Origin: the human T2T-CHM13v2.0 reference genome, Homo sapiens | Strand: one strand, 5' to 3' | Length of the DNA stretch: 64,000 nucleotides | NCBI RefSeq assembly: GCF_009914755.1 | Contig: NC_060933.1 | In this document: positions 42,170-55,189 of the stretch, piece by piece | Layout: each line of letters opens with the position of its first letter | How positions within the stretch are numbered: the first letter of the stretch is position 1 | Position numbers and translations under genes: made by a program | The notes under the pieces: generated by a model | Database searches by the model: none | What the model was told of the DNA's origin: nothing | What the model saw: the letters and a program-made list of their open reading frames with translations, nothing else

Positions 42170-42366
42170 CTCTTTCGTGCTTCCTGTATTATAGCACACA
42201 CCAAAGACTATCTTGTATTTATCTTCATTATTTGTGTTCACATCTTACCTTGACTGAAAGCTCCCTGATGGTAGGATTCATATTTTCCTCCTCATTGCTG
42301 CCTCCATATCACTCTTCATAGTGCCTTGTACAAAGTGAATGCCTAATGACTTCTTGTTGAATTGAA
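42170..42366 (+). mobile_element. L2 3' end
   Basis: GACTGAAAGCTCCCTGATGGTAGG...CATAGTGCCTTGTACA...TGTTGAATTGAA. Confidence 0.7.
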
Positions 42367-43130
42367 GCAGGTTAAAAATCTGCCATAGTCCAGGTTGAAG
42401 TGAAAACATCAAATATTTTTGAAAATGTGTAGATTTGGGTGGTGGATTGAGGCAGAAATAGATGAGGCCCCAGGGAGTAGACACATTTGCAAGTTTGATT
42501 TCTACACCAAGCCCGTGTAGATCTGTTTCCTCCCTAAGCAATCTATCATTTTCATTGTTTTCTTCTATATGGTCTGTTTGTTCTTCTTGCTTTTTCAGAG
42601 ATTAACTGAAGAGCATTCGTTTTTCTGGCATTCTCTTTGGGTTATAGCAGAGCTTCTTTTGCCAGTGGAGGGGAGGGGCTCTCTGGGCTCCTGCAGGGCT
42701 GCTCTCCTCCCTCTCCTCTCTCTTAGTCTGGAGTGCAGCGCTGACCTCCTTTCCCTGTGAGGGAGAATCTCATCTGGCCACCAGGCTTGGACTTGTTTGG
42801 CGCCAGGAGAAGATAAGACAATGTAAGCAACAAGTTTCCTTTCATACCAGCTGGTTGGGGATTAGCCTCACCAGCCCCAAGGCAAAGCTTGCCTTTGCTG
42901 TTTAAAATAATAATCTATGCTTGCTTTTGTATATCTTAAGGACTGGGCGCAACAGTTCACAAATGAAAAGCTGATACAGAAATTCTTCTCTTCCTACCCT
43001 AATGTTTTCATTTTGTTTTGGGCCATTTGTTTTAAAACAGGGGATGTTCTATATCTGCAGTGGCCCCCTAACTGAAATATTAGACAATTTCTTTCTTGAC
43101 AATAATTCCCATCTCTACGAGCCTGGATTT

Positions 43131-43157
43131 GGGGAAGGGGGAGAGAGGGAGAGAGGG

Positions 43158-43196
<39 letters not shown>

Positions 43197-43198
43197 AG
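43131..43198 (+). repeat. G4-competent purine tract plus (GA)n microsatellite
   Basis: GGGG-AA-GGGGG-AGAGA-GGG-AGAGA-GGG followed by ~16 AG units. Confidence 0.9.
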
Positions 43199-45061
43199 TC
43201 TGAGGGCTTGGGGAAGGAGTTTCTCCTCAGCTCCTGGTGACTCAGCTGGGCTGTCTGGGCTATGGAAGACGCAGGAGAAGAGAGGCATTTGGAAGCAGGT
43301 GAATGGAATGATCCAACACATCTCAATCAGGCCACAGGGGCAATAAAGGAGACATGAAATGTCCCCTAGTCCTTCCAATCCATCTTGGATATTTCAGGCC
43401 CCAGTGGTCTTTGGTCTTTAAGAATTTTCATCATCTCTAGTCTCTTTCTGATCACAACCAGCATTCAGTAACTGAAAGCACAAGAATTTCACCTGTCCCT
43501 AAGTGCTGGCAAGACATCAGAAAACAGTAAGCATAAATCAGGAGTAGAAAATACAGCTTCACGCATATGTAACCAGTGGGTTTTACAAGCATCAATTGGG
43601 TTATAAGCAAAACACAGCATTATAGTCTTTCATCCAGCATATCTTGAAGCTCAATTAAGTGGGATTAATTTTCCCCTGGCTTGGGATGTCAGCTCTGTGG
43701 ATCTTACTGCTTTTGCCTCCATTCTTATACAGAAGGTACTCCAAGGTCACTGCAGGTTGCAAACACACTCTCAATTCAGTAATTAGAATGTCATGGTAAA
43801 GATGCTCATCAAAACTTTGAACGTGATAGCATTGCATCATTTCCATTTCTTCAGTGCTGACCTGCATCGGGCTCCATCCTCTGGTTGACTCTTTCTCAAC
43901 TGCCTCTCCCTGCTCACCTCTTCTTCCCATACATTTTTTCTTCCTTCTGGTTCCTTGCCAGGGTCAAAGGTGGGAGAAGGAGAGATAAGGGCGCATTGTG
44001 GTTTTTACAAGGCTGGGTAGCTCTGTTATCTTTGGGCCTAAGGCTGCTGTCCTGAGGTAGGTTGTGGATAAGAAGATGATTAAAACAGACCCTTTCTCCA
44101 TGGATGCTTTTTTGGCCTCTTTGATGTATCCTGCTGAGCTCCTTCTCCTGTGGCTTCCTTTGCCTGTGTGGATTTCTCTCTTTCAGGTGGCCACTTGCAA
44201 CTTCCCTATCAGCCTGTAGGATCCGGCTGTACCCTTTGAACTCCTGCTGAGGTCTTCCCACCCTTCTGTGTTACCCTCTTGGGCAGGACCCAAGACAAGA
44301 TGAGCTTGATCTCTCTCCAGGGGCATGGCTCACCCCAGTCCCCAGGATCTTTTACCCAACAAGTCCTGGGCGTGCAGGCTGACCCCATGCAGAGCACTCT
44401 CCTGGCTTTGTCATGAAAGAGTGAGACAGTTCCTTGCTCCCAGCACAGTGCCTTGCTCCCCACTGGAGGGCAGGTCTTAGACAATGCTTCACTTTGGCTT
44501 TCTCAGTCATGAGTCAGGAACCGGTCCTCTATCAACTGCAGAGAACATATTTCAAAATGTACTGTGGGGTTTTAGACATCTCCTTCACCAGCCTGTCATC
44601 CTATACCTTGGTCCCCTCATAATTTCCCAAGAAAGGGAGAATGGGGGTTCACAGTACAGCAACACCTCTAGCAAACAAACAAAAAAGCCCTTGCCAGTTT
44701 TCTTCTTGTACCTTCTCTGATGTCCTTTTATCATTTTGATCTGGCTAGAAGGTTCAAGATTCATGGGACAAGGTTTTGAGGCCATATTCTTTTCCCATTT
44801 GTATATGGAGGTGAAGGTCTTGTTTTATTCACTTTGATATGCAGTATCTGTTGTTTTATCCCAGTCAAAGCTGAGGCTAGAAGGATTCAGTTCTCACATA
44901 TGGCTGCACATGTTACCCAAAGTAGCTCTGACTAGAAAGTGATGGGCCTTTAACTCTGCCCTTGCCCAGCAATATTGGGCAAGCCATTTGGGTCTGCCAA
45001 CTTCAGAAGCCACAGAAGAATAGACTATGGTGACCAGTCGTTTTTATTAAGAGCAAAAGGC

Positions 45062-45378
45062 GGCTGGGCATGGTGGCTCAAGCCTGTAATCTCAGCACTT
45101 TGGGAGGCAGAGGCAGGCGAATCACCTGAGGTCAGGAGTTTGATACCAGCCTGGCCAACATGGTAAAACCCCATCTCCACTAAAAATACCAAAAAAAAAT
45201 TAGCCGGGTGTAGTGACAGCGCCTGTAATCCCAGCTACTCAGGAGGCTGAGACAGGAGAATCGCTTGAACCTGAGAGTCAGAGGTTGCAGTGAGCCAAGA
45301 TAGTGCCATTGCACTCCAGCCTAGGTGACAGAGCGAGACCCCATCTCAAAAAAAAAAAGAAAAAAAAAAACCAAAAAA
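45062..45378 (+). mobile_element. AluSx-like
   Basis: Full dimer with A-tail. Confidence 0.95.
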
Positions 45379-45629
45379 CACAAGGCAATGCCAGCATTTC
45401 TACCCAATTCTTGGAGGTAGAGGTGGGGAGGGTAATAAGCGCTTAGGAAGGGTTTTAGCTCGTTGTGAGGGGAGAGACAGAAAACTTGAGGATGTTTTCT
45501 CCCTAGTGTTTCAATGTACGAGATGTGGTAGGAAGGGAGACGAGCATATTCATTGTATTTAGGGGGAAATCACTAGATTCCTTCTCTAATCAATAAGTTC
45601 ACAAGTTCCACTATCACATATTTCCCTTA

Positions 45630-46435
45630 TGGGCTATTTGGCTATCTTTTAATATAATAATGCTACAATACAAATGACCACAGGCTTGGTGGCACATAAC
45701 AGGCAATATGTATTGCTCATGATTCAGGGGGTCGATTGGGGCTCAAGTAGATGGTTCTGCTGATCTGGCTGGGCTCACTCACTTGAATAAAGATTAGACA
45801 GGTGATTGAGGCTGACCTTAGCTGTAGCGACAGTGGAGATTTCGCTCTGTTCCATAGATATATTTTATTTGTTTATTTATTATTATTATTATTTTTTGAG
45901 ACAGAGTCTCACCATCTTGCCCAGGCTGGAGTGCAGTGGTGCCATCTTGGCTTGCTGCAAACCTCTGCTATCTGGCTTCAAGTGATTCTCCTGCCTCAGC
46001 CTCCCAAGTAGCTGGGATTATGGGCATGCACCATCATGCCTGGTTAATTTTTGTGTTTTTAGTAGAGACGGGGTTTCACTGTGTTGGCCAGGCTGGTTTT
46101 AAATTCCTGGTCTCAATTGATTCGCCCACCTCAGCCTCCCAAAGTGCTGGGATGACAGGCTTGAGCCATAGTGCCCAACCTCATATAAAATATGCAAGGA
46201 CTCTTGAGGTTTAGGCTTGGAGCACACACACCTCATTTCTACCTGGATGTCCTGTATTTTTTATTTGCTAGATCTGGCAACTCTACACTTCATTTTACTG
46301 GTTGAAACAAGTCACATGGCTGAGCTCAGAGTGAAGGGGTGAGGGAGATCACCTTGTTCACCATCAGAAGCCATGCAAAGCTACATGGCAAAGGGTGAAG
46401 ATCTAGAGACATAGTAATGTGGCCAATCTACTACA
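45630..46435 (-). mobile_element. MLT1G/H-like LTR interrupted by an Alu and a MER53-like end fragment (~46243-46285)
   Basis: GGTTCTGCTGATCTGGCTGGGCTCACTCA; CAAGTCACATGGC; ends CAATCTACTACA. Confidence 0.7.
45862..46180 (-). mobile_element. AluS with (TTA)n tail
   Basis: Reverse Alu dimer. Confidence 0.93.
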
Positions 46436-47984
46436 TGGATGTTTGGTGAGCTTCTGTTTTCTGGCTAAGGACCTACACAATACATAAGAATCTTCCTCAT
46501 GTTCTTTTCACTGTGTTACTGGCAGTAATCTTTGGATTTTTTTTGAGGACCAGAGTTATTGCCTACAGGATGTGTTGAGAGCCATGCAGAGATGCTAAGT
46601 GAACACAGTCCCCTGTTAAACTGACTTCTGTCCTCACAGTGGCTTTGCAATACATAGGATTCAAATTTCTGCTTTGGCAACATGACAAATTTCTTTGCCT
46701 TTTTGCTGGCACTCCATGGTTCCAAAGAGTCAAAACTGTAAATGTTAACTCTGAGAATATCAGCATGTTATGGTACCTAAATCACATATGAGAGAAAGAG
46801 AGAGTGACAAGGTGAGCTGGAAGAACAAGGCAGGTTGCTAAATGGGTGTTAGAGAGTTGGGAAGATGGACAGAAGAAATGGCAGGAAGGAGGTTGGAAAT
46901 GGAATGTAGCTCAAGCCATGGTTTCCAAGGCTGTATGATTGTCACCTGGTGACATTGTAAGTTCCTTAGTTCCCGGTGAGGATTGGGAAACTTTTGGTTC
47001 ATATCAGCTATAGAGACAGCAATCCAGTTCCTCAGCTGGGTTTCTTACAGGTTAGATACATGTTAGTGTGAGTGGGATAGCTCCCCTTGGTAGATTGAAA
47101 ATTGGTTGGAAAACTTTCCTGTGTGAGAACTAATTGCACATAAATATTATTTAATCTCTGTTTTTCTCAATTGCATTTTAATTTTATAATCAACATTTCT
47201 TGACATTAGAGAAAATGAGTAAAAACATTGTATTTGATTCATCATATATTCTCTTACATTTTTGAGTTGCAAATCCCCCCAGAGATAAATCAAGCCAATT
47301 CCTTATTACCATGGATATTCAGAATTTGGTTCCCCCTTTTGTTAAATGCAGTAACCTTAAAAGTTTTATGATCTATAAGTATTTGTTTTATGAAAATAAG
47401 GTTTGGGAGTTGGAAGAAGAGAGGGCAGCTATTAGCATGACTTAATTTTTATTGCTTTTGAAGTAAGACATATTCATTGACTTGAAGGTGAATTGTTTTA
47501 TTTCTCTAAAAATTATAGTTTACAATGAGTGAGGGATGATGATGATGTATTTTTTGGGGCAAGTACTTTCAAGAAGACTATTTCTAAATGCAAAATGCCA
47601 AGCAAAATCCCTAGAAGAGCAATCTCCATATTGCTTTAGTACTTTCCTAGCCATGTAGTATACCCCTTCCATTTCCTCTGTGCTTCTTAGGAATCCTTTC
47701 TTTATATACTTAGAATTTTTTTCTGCTTTGAAATGAAATACTCCACGAATAAATTACTCTCTGTATCTGTTTAAACCTTTATTTAGTTAATTAAAATGCA
47801 TATTTAAGAGTTATAGTCTGTGCAGCTTAGATTTATGACCCTAAACACTTAAAGTCAACAGTGTATGAAGTCTGGTATGGTTGATGGGGCAGAGAAAATA
47901 TGTAGTGCAAAGTACTGAAATTTTACAGGCTTTGGCAATAAAGGGTAAAGACCTATATTTATTTAGAAACTAATGTTGGAAAAC

Positions 47985-48280
47985 AATGCTTTGTAATTTC
48001 AAAGTTTATCATCTCAGTTGATTCTCAGAATAACCTTGTGTGATACAGGCAGGTCAAGTTCTTATATCCCCATGTTAGTAATGAGAAAATTGAGGCTCAG
48101 TTGATTCTCAGAATAACCTTGTGTGATACAGGCAGGTCAAGTTCTTTTATCCCCATGTTAGTAATGAGAAAATTGAGGCTCAGAGAGGTTCAGTGAATTT
48201 TCCAGCATCATCTTGCTGGTATACTGAATAACTAGTTTAGGAACCCAGATGTTCTCTACCTGAGTCCTGACTTCTGTGTT
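47985..48280 (-). mobile_element. MIR carrying an 83-bp tandem duplication
   Basis: ATGAGAAAATTGAGGCTCAGAGAGGTTCAGTGA core. Confidence 0.85.
48013..48183. repeat. 83-bp tandem duplication with one mismatch
   Basis: 48013-48095 versus 48096-48178; CTCAG at all three junctions. Confidence 0.95.
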
Positions 48281-48384
48281 ACAGCATTATGATTTTCAAG
48301 ATAGAAATGAATAGTTAGGGCTAGCCCTGGAGATACAAAGACAAATGAGATGTTATTCTATTCTCTACCTCCATGAAATCAAGG

Positions 48385-48648
48385 TTGGTTAATAATAAAT
48401 AACAAATTCTAGTGTCCAATAGCTATGTAGAATGGCTATAGTTAATAATAATTTGTTGTATATTTCAAAATAGCTAGAAGAGAAGATTTGAAATGCTCCC
48501 AACACAAAGAAATGATAAATAGTTATGGTGATGGATATTCTATTAATAAATATCCTTATTTGATCATTACACATTGTATGCATGTATCAAATTTATCAAA
48601 TGTACCCCATAATTATGTACAATTATTATATACCAATATAAAATATAA
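48385..48648 (+). mobile_element. L1MA extreme 3' end
   Basis: TATATTTCAAAATAGCTAGAAGAGAAGATTTGAAATG.TCCCAACACAAAGAAATGATAAAT. Confidence 0.9.
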
Positions 48649-49093
48649 ATGAGACATCTTCCCTGTTTTCAAGGGCTGTTTGGGGGTTCATCTGGGAGAC
48701 AGGAAAGCCAGGACCTTTGCAATACGATTTGATAAGAACAATCTTAAGAGCTACAGAATGAGGCATAAGGGAAGAAGGGCCTATTTCTATTAGGATGGGG
48801 GTGAAGGGAGTTCAGGCTGTTGTGTTTAGGAGAAGGAGTTTTGGTCCATGGCAATATTTCACAAGCTCTGGATATAAAAGAGTAATTCTTCTTTCTGTGG
48901 TCAGGAGACTGAATGATTGAGGAATTAAGTTGATGGTTTTGAATACAATTCCAGCTGAGCAAGAAAGTCTGTGGCAATTAAAGAATTCTTAGTCTGAGAG
49001 TAATGGGCATTCCCAGAGAAGGCAGCAGGGTTAAGTCCTGTAGTAAAAGATGGACCCCGAACTTTGACCCTACCTGGAATTTCAGAATGCCAT

Positions 49094-49330
49094 TGTGGCA
49101 GATGGCATTTTCCAAAGACAGCTACTACAATCTCTTTTGTCTCTCATGCTTTTCTGCAATGTGAACTTCTCCTCTCCTATCAAGAGGTTGAGTCTGATTC
49201 TCCTCCTCTTGAATCTGGGTGGACTTGTAACAGCTTTAACCAATGGAGTATGCAGAAGGGATGCTGTGTGGTTTCCAAGGCTGGTCATAAAAGGTGAGGC
49301 AGCTTCTGCATTGTTGTTAGAACACTCTTG
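49094..49330 (+). mobile_element. MLT1G-like LTR, 5' part
   Basis: TGTGGCAGA..TTTTCCAAAGA; CCTATCAAGAGGT.GAGTC; GGTCATAAAAGG. Confidence 0.75.
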
Positions 49331-49441
49331 TTTTATTCAGGGTACTTTCTATGAAAATTAAACTGGTACCATCAAGGAGGAGCTAAACCATTTATATATC
49401 ACATCTATCTATATAATCTATCTAGTATCTATGTGCCTATC

Positions 49442-50342
49442 TATTTACCAAAAAGTACCCAAGACAAGTCTCAATTTAGAGATTTATTTTGCCAAGGTTA
49501 ACAACAATGGCCTGTGACACAGCCTCAGGAGATCCAGAGAACATGTGCCCAAGGTGGTTGGGTTACAGCTTGATTTTATACATTTTAGGGAGACAGACGT
49601 TACAGGCAAAGACATACATCAATACATGTAAGGTATACATTGGTTAAGCCTAGAAAGGTGGGACATCTTGAAATGGGGACTTTCAGGTCATAAGTGGATT
49701 CAAAAGATTTCCTAATTGGCAATTGGTTGAAAGAGTTAAGCCCGGCCTGAAGAGTTGAAGTCAGCTTGAGTTAAGGTAAGGGGTGGAATTGGTTGTGGAA
49801 ACCAAGGTTCTTGTCATGTAGATAAAGCCTCCAGATAGCAGGCTTCAGACAGAATAGATAGATGGTGAATGTCTCTTATTGGACTTTAAAAGGTGTCAGA
49901 CTCTTAGTTAATTCTCTCCTGACTCAGGAAAAGACTGGGAAAGTGAAGGGAATTCTCTACACAACGTAGATGTCCCTGACAAGAGATAGCTTTGCAGGGC
50001 CGTTTCAAAAGATGTCAAAAAATAGATTTTAGGGGTAAAATACTTTGATTTCCTTTAGGACCTATTATCTGTCATGTGATGTTATACCAGCATCAGGTTG
50101 GAGTTGGTGGTCTTATTGCTACAAAGAGTCTGTTCTGTTAGTCTTAGAGTCTCTATTTTAATGTTAATATTGATCGGTTGTGTCTGAAATCCAGAAGGGA
50201 GAGGGTATAATGAGGCATGTCTGACCCGTCCTTCCTGACATGGCCTGAGCTAGTTTTTCAGGTTTCTTTAGAATCCATTTGGCTGAGAGGGAGGTCCATT
50301 CAGTTGGCTGGGGGGGGTCTTGGAATTTTAATTTGGTTTACA
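49442..50342 (-). mobile_element. MER4-group (MER4B/D-like) ERV1 solo LTR
   Basis: TTTATTTTGCCAAGGTT; GACACAGCCTCAGGAG; ACATGTGCCCAAGGTGGT; ends TTTGGTTTACA. Confidence 0.85.
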
Positions 50343-50700
50343 TATTCATCTATCTATTCTCTGTCTTTATCAATGTGAGAGAAAAGTGTTTCTATCACAA
50401 TTCATTCTATTTTACTATTTTTTATTTTACTGTCAGTAAAATTATAGATACGTAAAATTTTTTATTACAAAGGATCAGAATAAAAGTTGAAGTTGAAAAT
50501 GGGTATATTTGTTTATTTAGAAGACAATAGAGAAAGGAAAAGGCTAGTTAAAAGGGAGGAAATATTGTGCACCACCGTAAAAGAGTCTAATGTTACTCTT
50601 CCACAACGTCTTGTATTTTGGGGGTTTTCTCCATCTCTTAGGCTTCCCTTACTCAGTTTTTTTTTGGTAGTCTCTTTTTGCTCTAACTTACTTTTTGATG

Positions 50701-50714
50701 GTTTCCATGGTTAC
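50701..50714. promoter_or_regulatory. RFX X-box-like near-palindrome
   Basis: GTTTCCATGGTTAC (reverse complement GTAACCATGGAAAC). Confidence 0.35.
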
Positions 50715-52367
50715 TTTGAAGGCCCTGTTTTCCTTCCTTTGTCTTCCTTTTTATTCCCATATTTCCCTTCCTTTCTCTTTCCCTACACTCTCCAAGGGTG
50801 AGCTTATCCCCTCCTTTGGCTTAATTACTATTTATTGCCAGCAGCCATTAACACTGCAAACTTTTATTGAACGCCTTCTGTGTGCCAGGCATTCTTCTAA
50901 GAGCTAGGGATACAGTTATAGCTTAAATTATTTAGTGGTTTTATGCTTGTGAAATTTATTTTCAACTGGCAGTTATCACCAGAAAAATTCAAGTATCATT
51001 GTATATATTTATATTAACATAAAGTATGTGTTCTGAAGATGAGTGTTTAGGAAAGAATGAGTAACTATTAGCAGCTTGAGCCACAGACATTTCCCACGTC
51101 TCTTGACTTGGAGAGAGTAGCTCTTTGTTCTTGGAATTAAGGTAGCATGATTGATGAGAAAATAATTTTCCCTTTTGACACATATTGCACTGAGTAGGAT
51201 GCAATTGGGAAGTCCTCTATGATGACAGCTATTAATGGCAGAAAATCTGCTTGAAGCAGATTCCAAGAGAAAATAACCAGGAAGTATCACCTTACTTTGT
51301 TTGGTCTGCTTGGCTGTCATACCTGCGTTGCTGGTTAAACTGGATCACTGTGAGCCAGGCTCCTGGACTTTAGATTAATTTTGATAGACTTTTTTCTTGG
51401 TCTGGGGTTGTTTGGTAATATTGATAGAGACTTTCGAGAGGAATAACTAGAAAAAATACCATGAAGCCATTTGTACACTTGAAAGCAGACATCTTTGGTG
51501 TTATTTATATTGAGTATATACTATTCCTTATTTTGGGTTATGTACGAGGACATTCTCGGCCTCCAGCAAATTCTAACCCTAGTGTAATTTGTAAAATTAT
51601 TTGTCTTGGAAAAATACAGAAAATCACATTTTAAATTGTTATGTAGCTTTTATTTCCAATCCACTGAAGAACTGAAAAATCAACATAAAGCTATACCCCA
51701 TCAGTGCTATGTATTTATTATTTCGACTATGTGACTTTTCCATTTGGAAAAGTCCATCTAAACCAAAATAAACAGTCAACATCTTTTCATAGACTGTTTG
51801 CTTCTAGACTTTCTGCATATTTGATATGTTTTGTTATCATGCTGTTTAGGACTCTTTTTCCTTTTGAATTGAAGACACCCAAGGACCTTGTTCTGAAACT
51901 ACCCTCCATGAAAGCAGCTGGTGGTCTGTTGCACACACAAAGAGCCATTAACTTTGCAAAGCTCAGCCTCCTCTTCTTACATCCATGTTCTGCACTGTTC
52001 TCAAATGCCAGTCGTTACTAATTGTCTTCAACTGTGTCACTCTCTTGAGGGCCCTTTGGTATTAAAACCTACAGAAAAATTTCTCAATCAGACCCAACCC
52101 TGGTGATGGGTTTTGTTATGGGCCATTACTTTGAGTTTCCTTTTGTTTTCCTTGGTCAAGAAGTTGCCAGCTAACCTGAGGAGAAATACAGATGCATCTG
52201 TGATAAGAATGGGATAGAAAATAGGAGAAATTAATAATGTAGTGGAGTGCATCTTTGGGTGATGGCAATATGCAAACTTATAAAATTTCTCTGAGGCATA
52301 ATAACTTCTGAGTATAGCAGAGTAGCAAGAGAGAGAAGGAACAAACTCTTACAGAAATACCTACCAT

Positions 52368-52644
52368 GCACTTTGGGAGGCCAAGGCAGGTAGATCGCTT
52401 GAGCTTGGGAGCTTGAGACCAGCTTAGGCAACATGGTAAAACCCTGTCTCTACAAGAAATACAAAAATTGACCAGGCATGGTGGTATGCACCTGTAGTCC
52501 CAGCTACTTTGGAGGCTGAGGTTGGAGGATCACCTCAGTCCAGGGAGGTTGAGGCTGCAGTGAGCTGTGATCGCACCACTGCACTCTAGCCTGTGTGTCA
52601 AAGTAAGACCCTATCTCAACAAACAAACAAACAAACAAATAAAC
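52368..52644 (+). mobile_element. 5'-truncated AluJ with (AAAC)n tail
   Basis: TSD AAATACCTACCATG / AAACACCTACCATG. Confidence 0.93.
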
Positions 52645-52659
52645 AAACACCTACCATGT

Positions 52660-52820
52660 AACAGTCTCTGTGGTAAGATTTTCCTAATTTTTCTCATTTA
52701 TATCTCACAACAAAACTAAGACGTTACTATTATCCCTAACTCACAGATGAGAAAACTAAAGTTCAAAGATATGAAATGGCAGAGCCAGGATTTGACCCCA
52801 AATTCAAATCTAAAAGCTTA
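52660..52820 (-). mobile_element. MIR
   Basis: CACAGATGAGAAAACTAA...TGGCAGAGCCAGGATTTGACCCCA. Confidence 0.8.
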
Positions 52821-52840
52821 ACTTGTTTCCAGTTTACTAA

Positions 52841-53814
52841 TGTTAGGGCTCAGAAAAAAATACCCCAAAGTATGGTGCTTTGGCATCCTGAGTACTTTGA
52901 AAGCGGATTGGAGGGCCTGAGAAGCAGCCTGAGAAGAAAAGTTCTCTTGAACCTTCTCTTGCTTTCCTGTCTTTCGCTGTCTTTCTCCCCCAAAACAAGA
53001 CATGGAAACCAAAATTCCTCTTCCCCAAGGAGGTCACAGAAGATAGAACCTCTCTCTCACAAAGCAAGCCATAAAACCTAGAAAGGTCACTCTCTCTCTT
53101 GTCCCTTGAAGACTCTTATTCCAGAGGGGACCTGCCCATACCTAGGGGAAAGAATGCTACACAGAGAGGCCAAGAAGAATCTGAACAGACAGGCCTGGCC
53201 AGACTTCCTTCCTCAGTCTATTTTCATTAGATTATACCCTCTGTTCAATCACATTTCTACATGCTGTTCATTCTTCTTCGAATCTAAGCTTAAAAACAGA
53301 TAGATTCTGCACCCCACCTGCCCCCCCATCAACCTCCTTTGATCTTTGGGTCTTCATTTCTTTCTTTCTTTTTTTTTTTTTTTGAGACCAAGTCTCACTC
53401 TGTCGCCTACGCTGGAGCAATCTCAGCTCACTGCAACCTCCGCCTCCCGGGTTCAAGCAATTCTCCTGCCTCAGCCTCTCCAGTAGCTGCGATTACAGGC
53501 GCCCACCACCACACCCGGCTAATTTTTGTATTTTTAGTAGAGACAGGGTTTCACCATGTTGGCCAGGCTGGTCTTAAACTCCTGACCGCAGGTGATCCAC
53601 CCTCCTCGGTCTCCCAAAGTGCTGGGATTACAGGTGTGAGCCACTGCGCCCAGCCTGGGTCTTCATTTCTAAAGGCTCCCATGCTACATAAAATTTGGAT
53701 TAAATACATTTGTTATGCTTTTCTTGTATTAATCTATTTTTTGTTGTAGGAGTGTCAGCTGTGACCCTTTTGATGGGAAAGGAAAGGCACCATACCTTTC
53801 TGCCCCGCTCTACA
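52841..53814 (+). mobile_element. MER39-like ERV1 solo LTR interrupted by an Alu
   Basis: TGTTAGGGCTCAGAAAA..TACCCCAAAGTATGG; CACAGAGAGGCCAAGAAGAATCTGAACAGACAGGCC; ends CTACA. Confidence 0.82.
53362..53655 (-). mobile_element. AluSx-like
   Basis: Perfect TSD TGGGTCTTCATTTCT at 53347-53361 and 53656-53670. Confidence 0.95.
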
Positions 53815-54086
53815 AACACCATACTTTATATGGTATCCCCTGATTATTTCACGATGACTCAAGAAAGGGTGGGTCAAGACATCCCCACAAGTGCTTTAAA
53901 TGTGACATTTGACCTCCGTAGGTGAAAATAACCAGAGGAAACACCCTCACAGAAAACCAGGAAAGCAAGTTAAGGTTTTCGAATGTCAGCCCAAGATACA
54001 GTCTTGACACTCAGATTGAGAGTCCCTATTTGCACTATAAAAAAATTGCCTCAAAACCCATGTCTTTCATTCTCCTATTATAACCA

Positions 54087-54123
54087 TAATAATAATAATA
54101 ACAATATTAACAATAATAGTAAT
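54087..54123. repeat. Imperfect (AAT)n
   Basis: Direct reading. Confidence 0.8.
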
Positions 54124-54655
54124 TTTAGAAGGGAATCACTATGCTGGTTTTTCTGTGTGTGGAAAGAAAGGTGAAAATGCTGCACCTTGATGCTGTGGGT
54201 CTCCCCTCACCTTACACTAATTGGCTTCCGGAAGCTTTTTCTCTAAGTCTAAATTAGAAACACTCTACCTGGTGCTTTCAAAATGTGAAGATTCTTTTTG
54301 TTGTTGTTGTTAAGCAGTTCTTAAAAAAAAAAAAAGGAAAGAAACTTAATTCAAAGTTTAGTTTCAGTATGCTTGAATTTTAATCTCACATTTCTTAGCT
54401 GAGGCACATTTTTTCTTTTGGATCAGAAAGCACTCCTGGCTGCTATCGACAGTAAGAAATACCGTCCTGAGACAGATGTCTGTTTCCTCTGCCAGGCTGG
54501 TGTGGAAGCCGACCCATGTCTCCTCCCTCTGCTGAATATCGGAGGAAGCAGAAAGGAGGTATCAAGCTTTCCACCCAAAACATTTTTTCTCACCCTAATG
54601 CTCTTGCCATATCCAATGTCTTTTAAAATAGCAGCAAAATGGCTCTGAAAGTCTA

Positions 54656-54663
54656 TGACGTCA
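54656..54663. promoter_or_regulatory. Full palindromic CRE
   Basis: TGACGTCA within a local CpG-retaining patch (54445-54722). Confidence 0.4.
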
Positions 54664-55189
54664 GCCTGAGGTCGGTCCCTACGAGCTCTCTATTTATGAA
54701 TTGTGCCTATACTGAGAGCGGGGCAAGCTTTGAATTAGGTCAGACCTGGATTTGAATCTCAGTCCTAATACCTTAATTAAGCAGCTTTGCCTTTGCATAG
54801 TTATGGAACACAGTGTAGCATAAGACCTTTCCTGAGATCTAGGAATTTCAATGAAGTCTCATAAACTAAAACAATGGGTGGTAAGTGCCCATACTTTGCA
54901 AGAAATGCTGACATTTCTAAGTAGACTTCCTTAGGAAGCAGCTAGACTCATCATTTCACAATTTGTCCCCATTGCCCAGCTTCATTCTATAAAAGAAAAA
55001 GTTAGGTGATACAGTAGAGAAGAGGAGGATTCATTGAAGGGCATAACAGGCTTAGAAAATGTCAGAGTTTTTCTCCAGTACTCCCTTCTTGGCCTCAATC
55101 TCTGGAAAACCATTGTTAGAGAAAAGGGCCATCTGATGGAAAGAAAAATGGACATTTCACAATCCTGTTGTTTGCTTTATGGACTAGAG

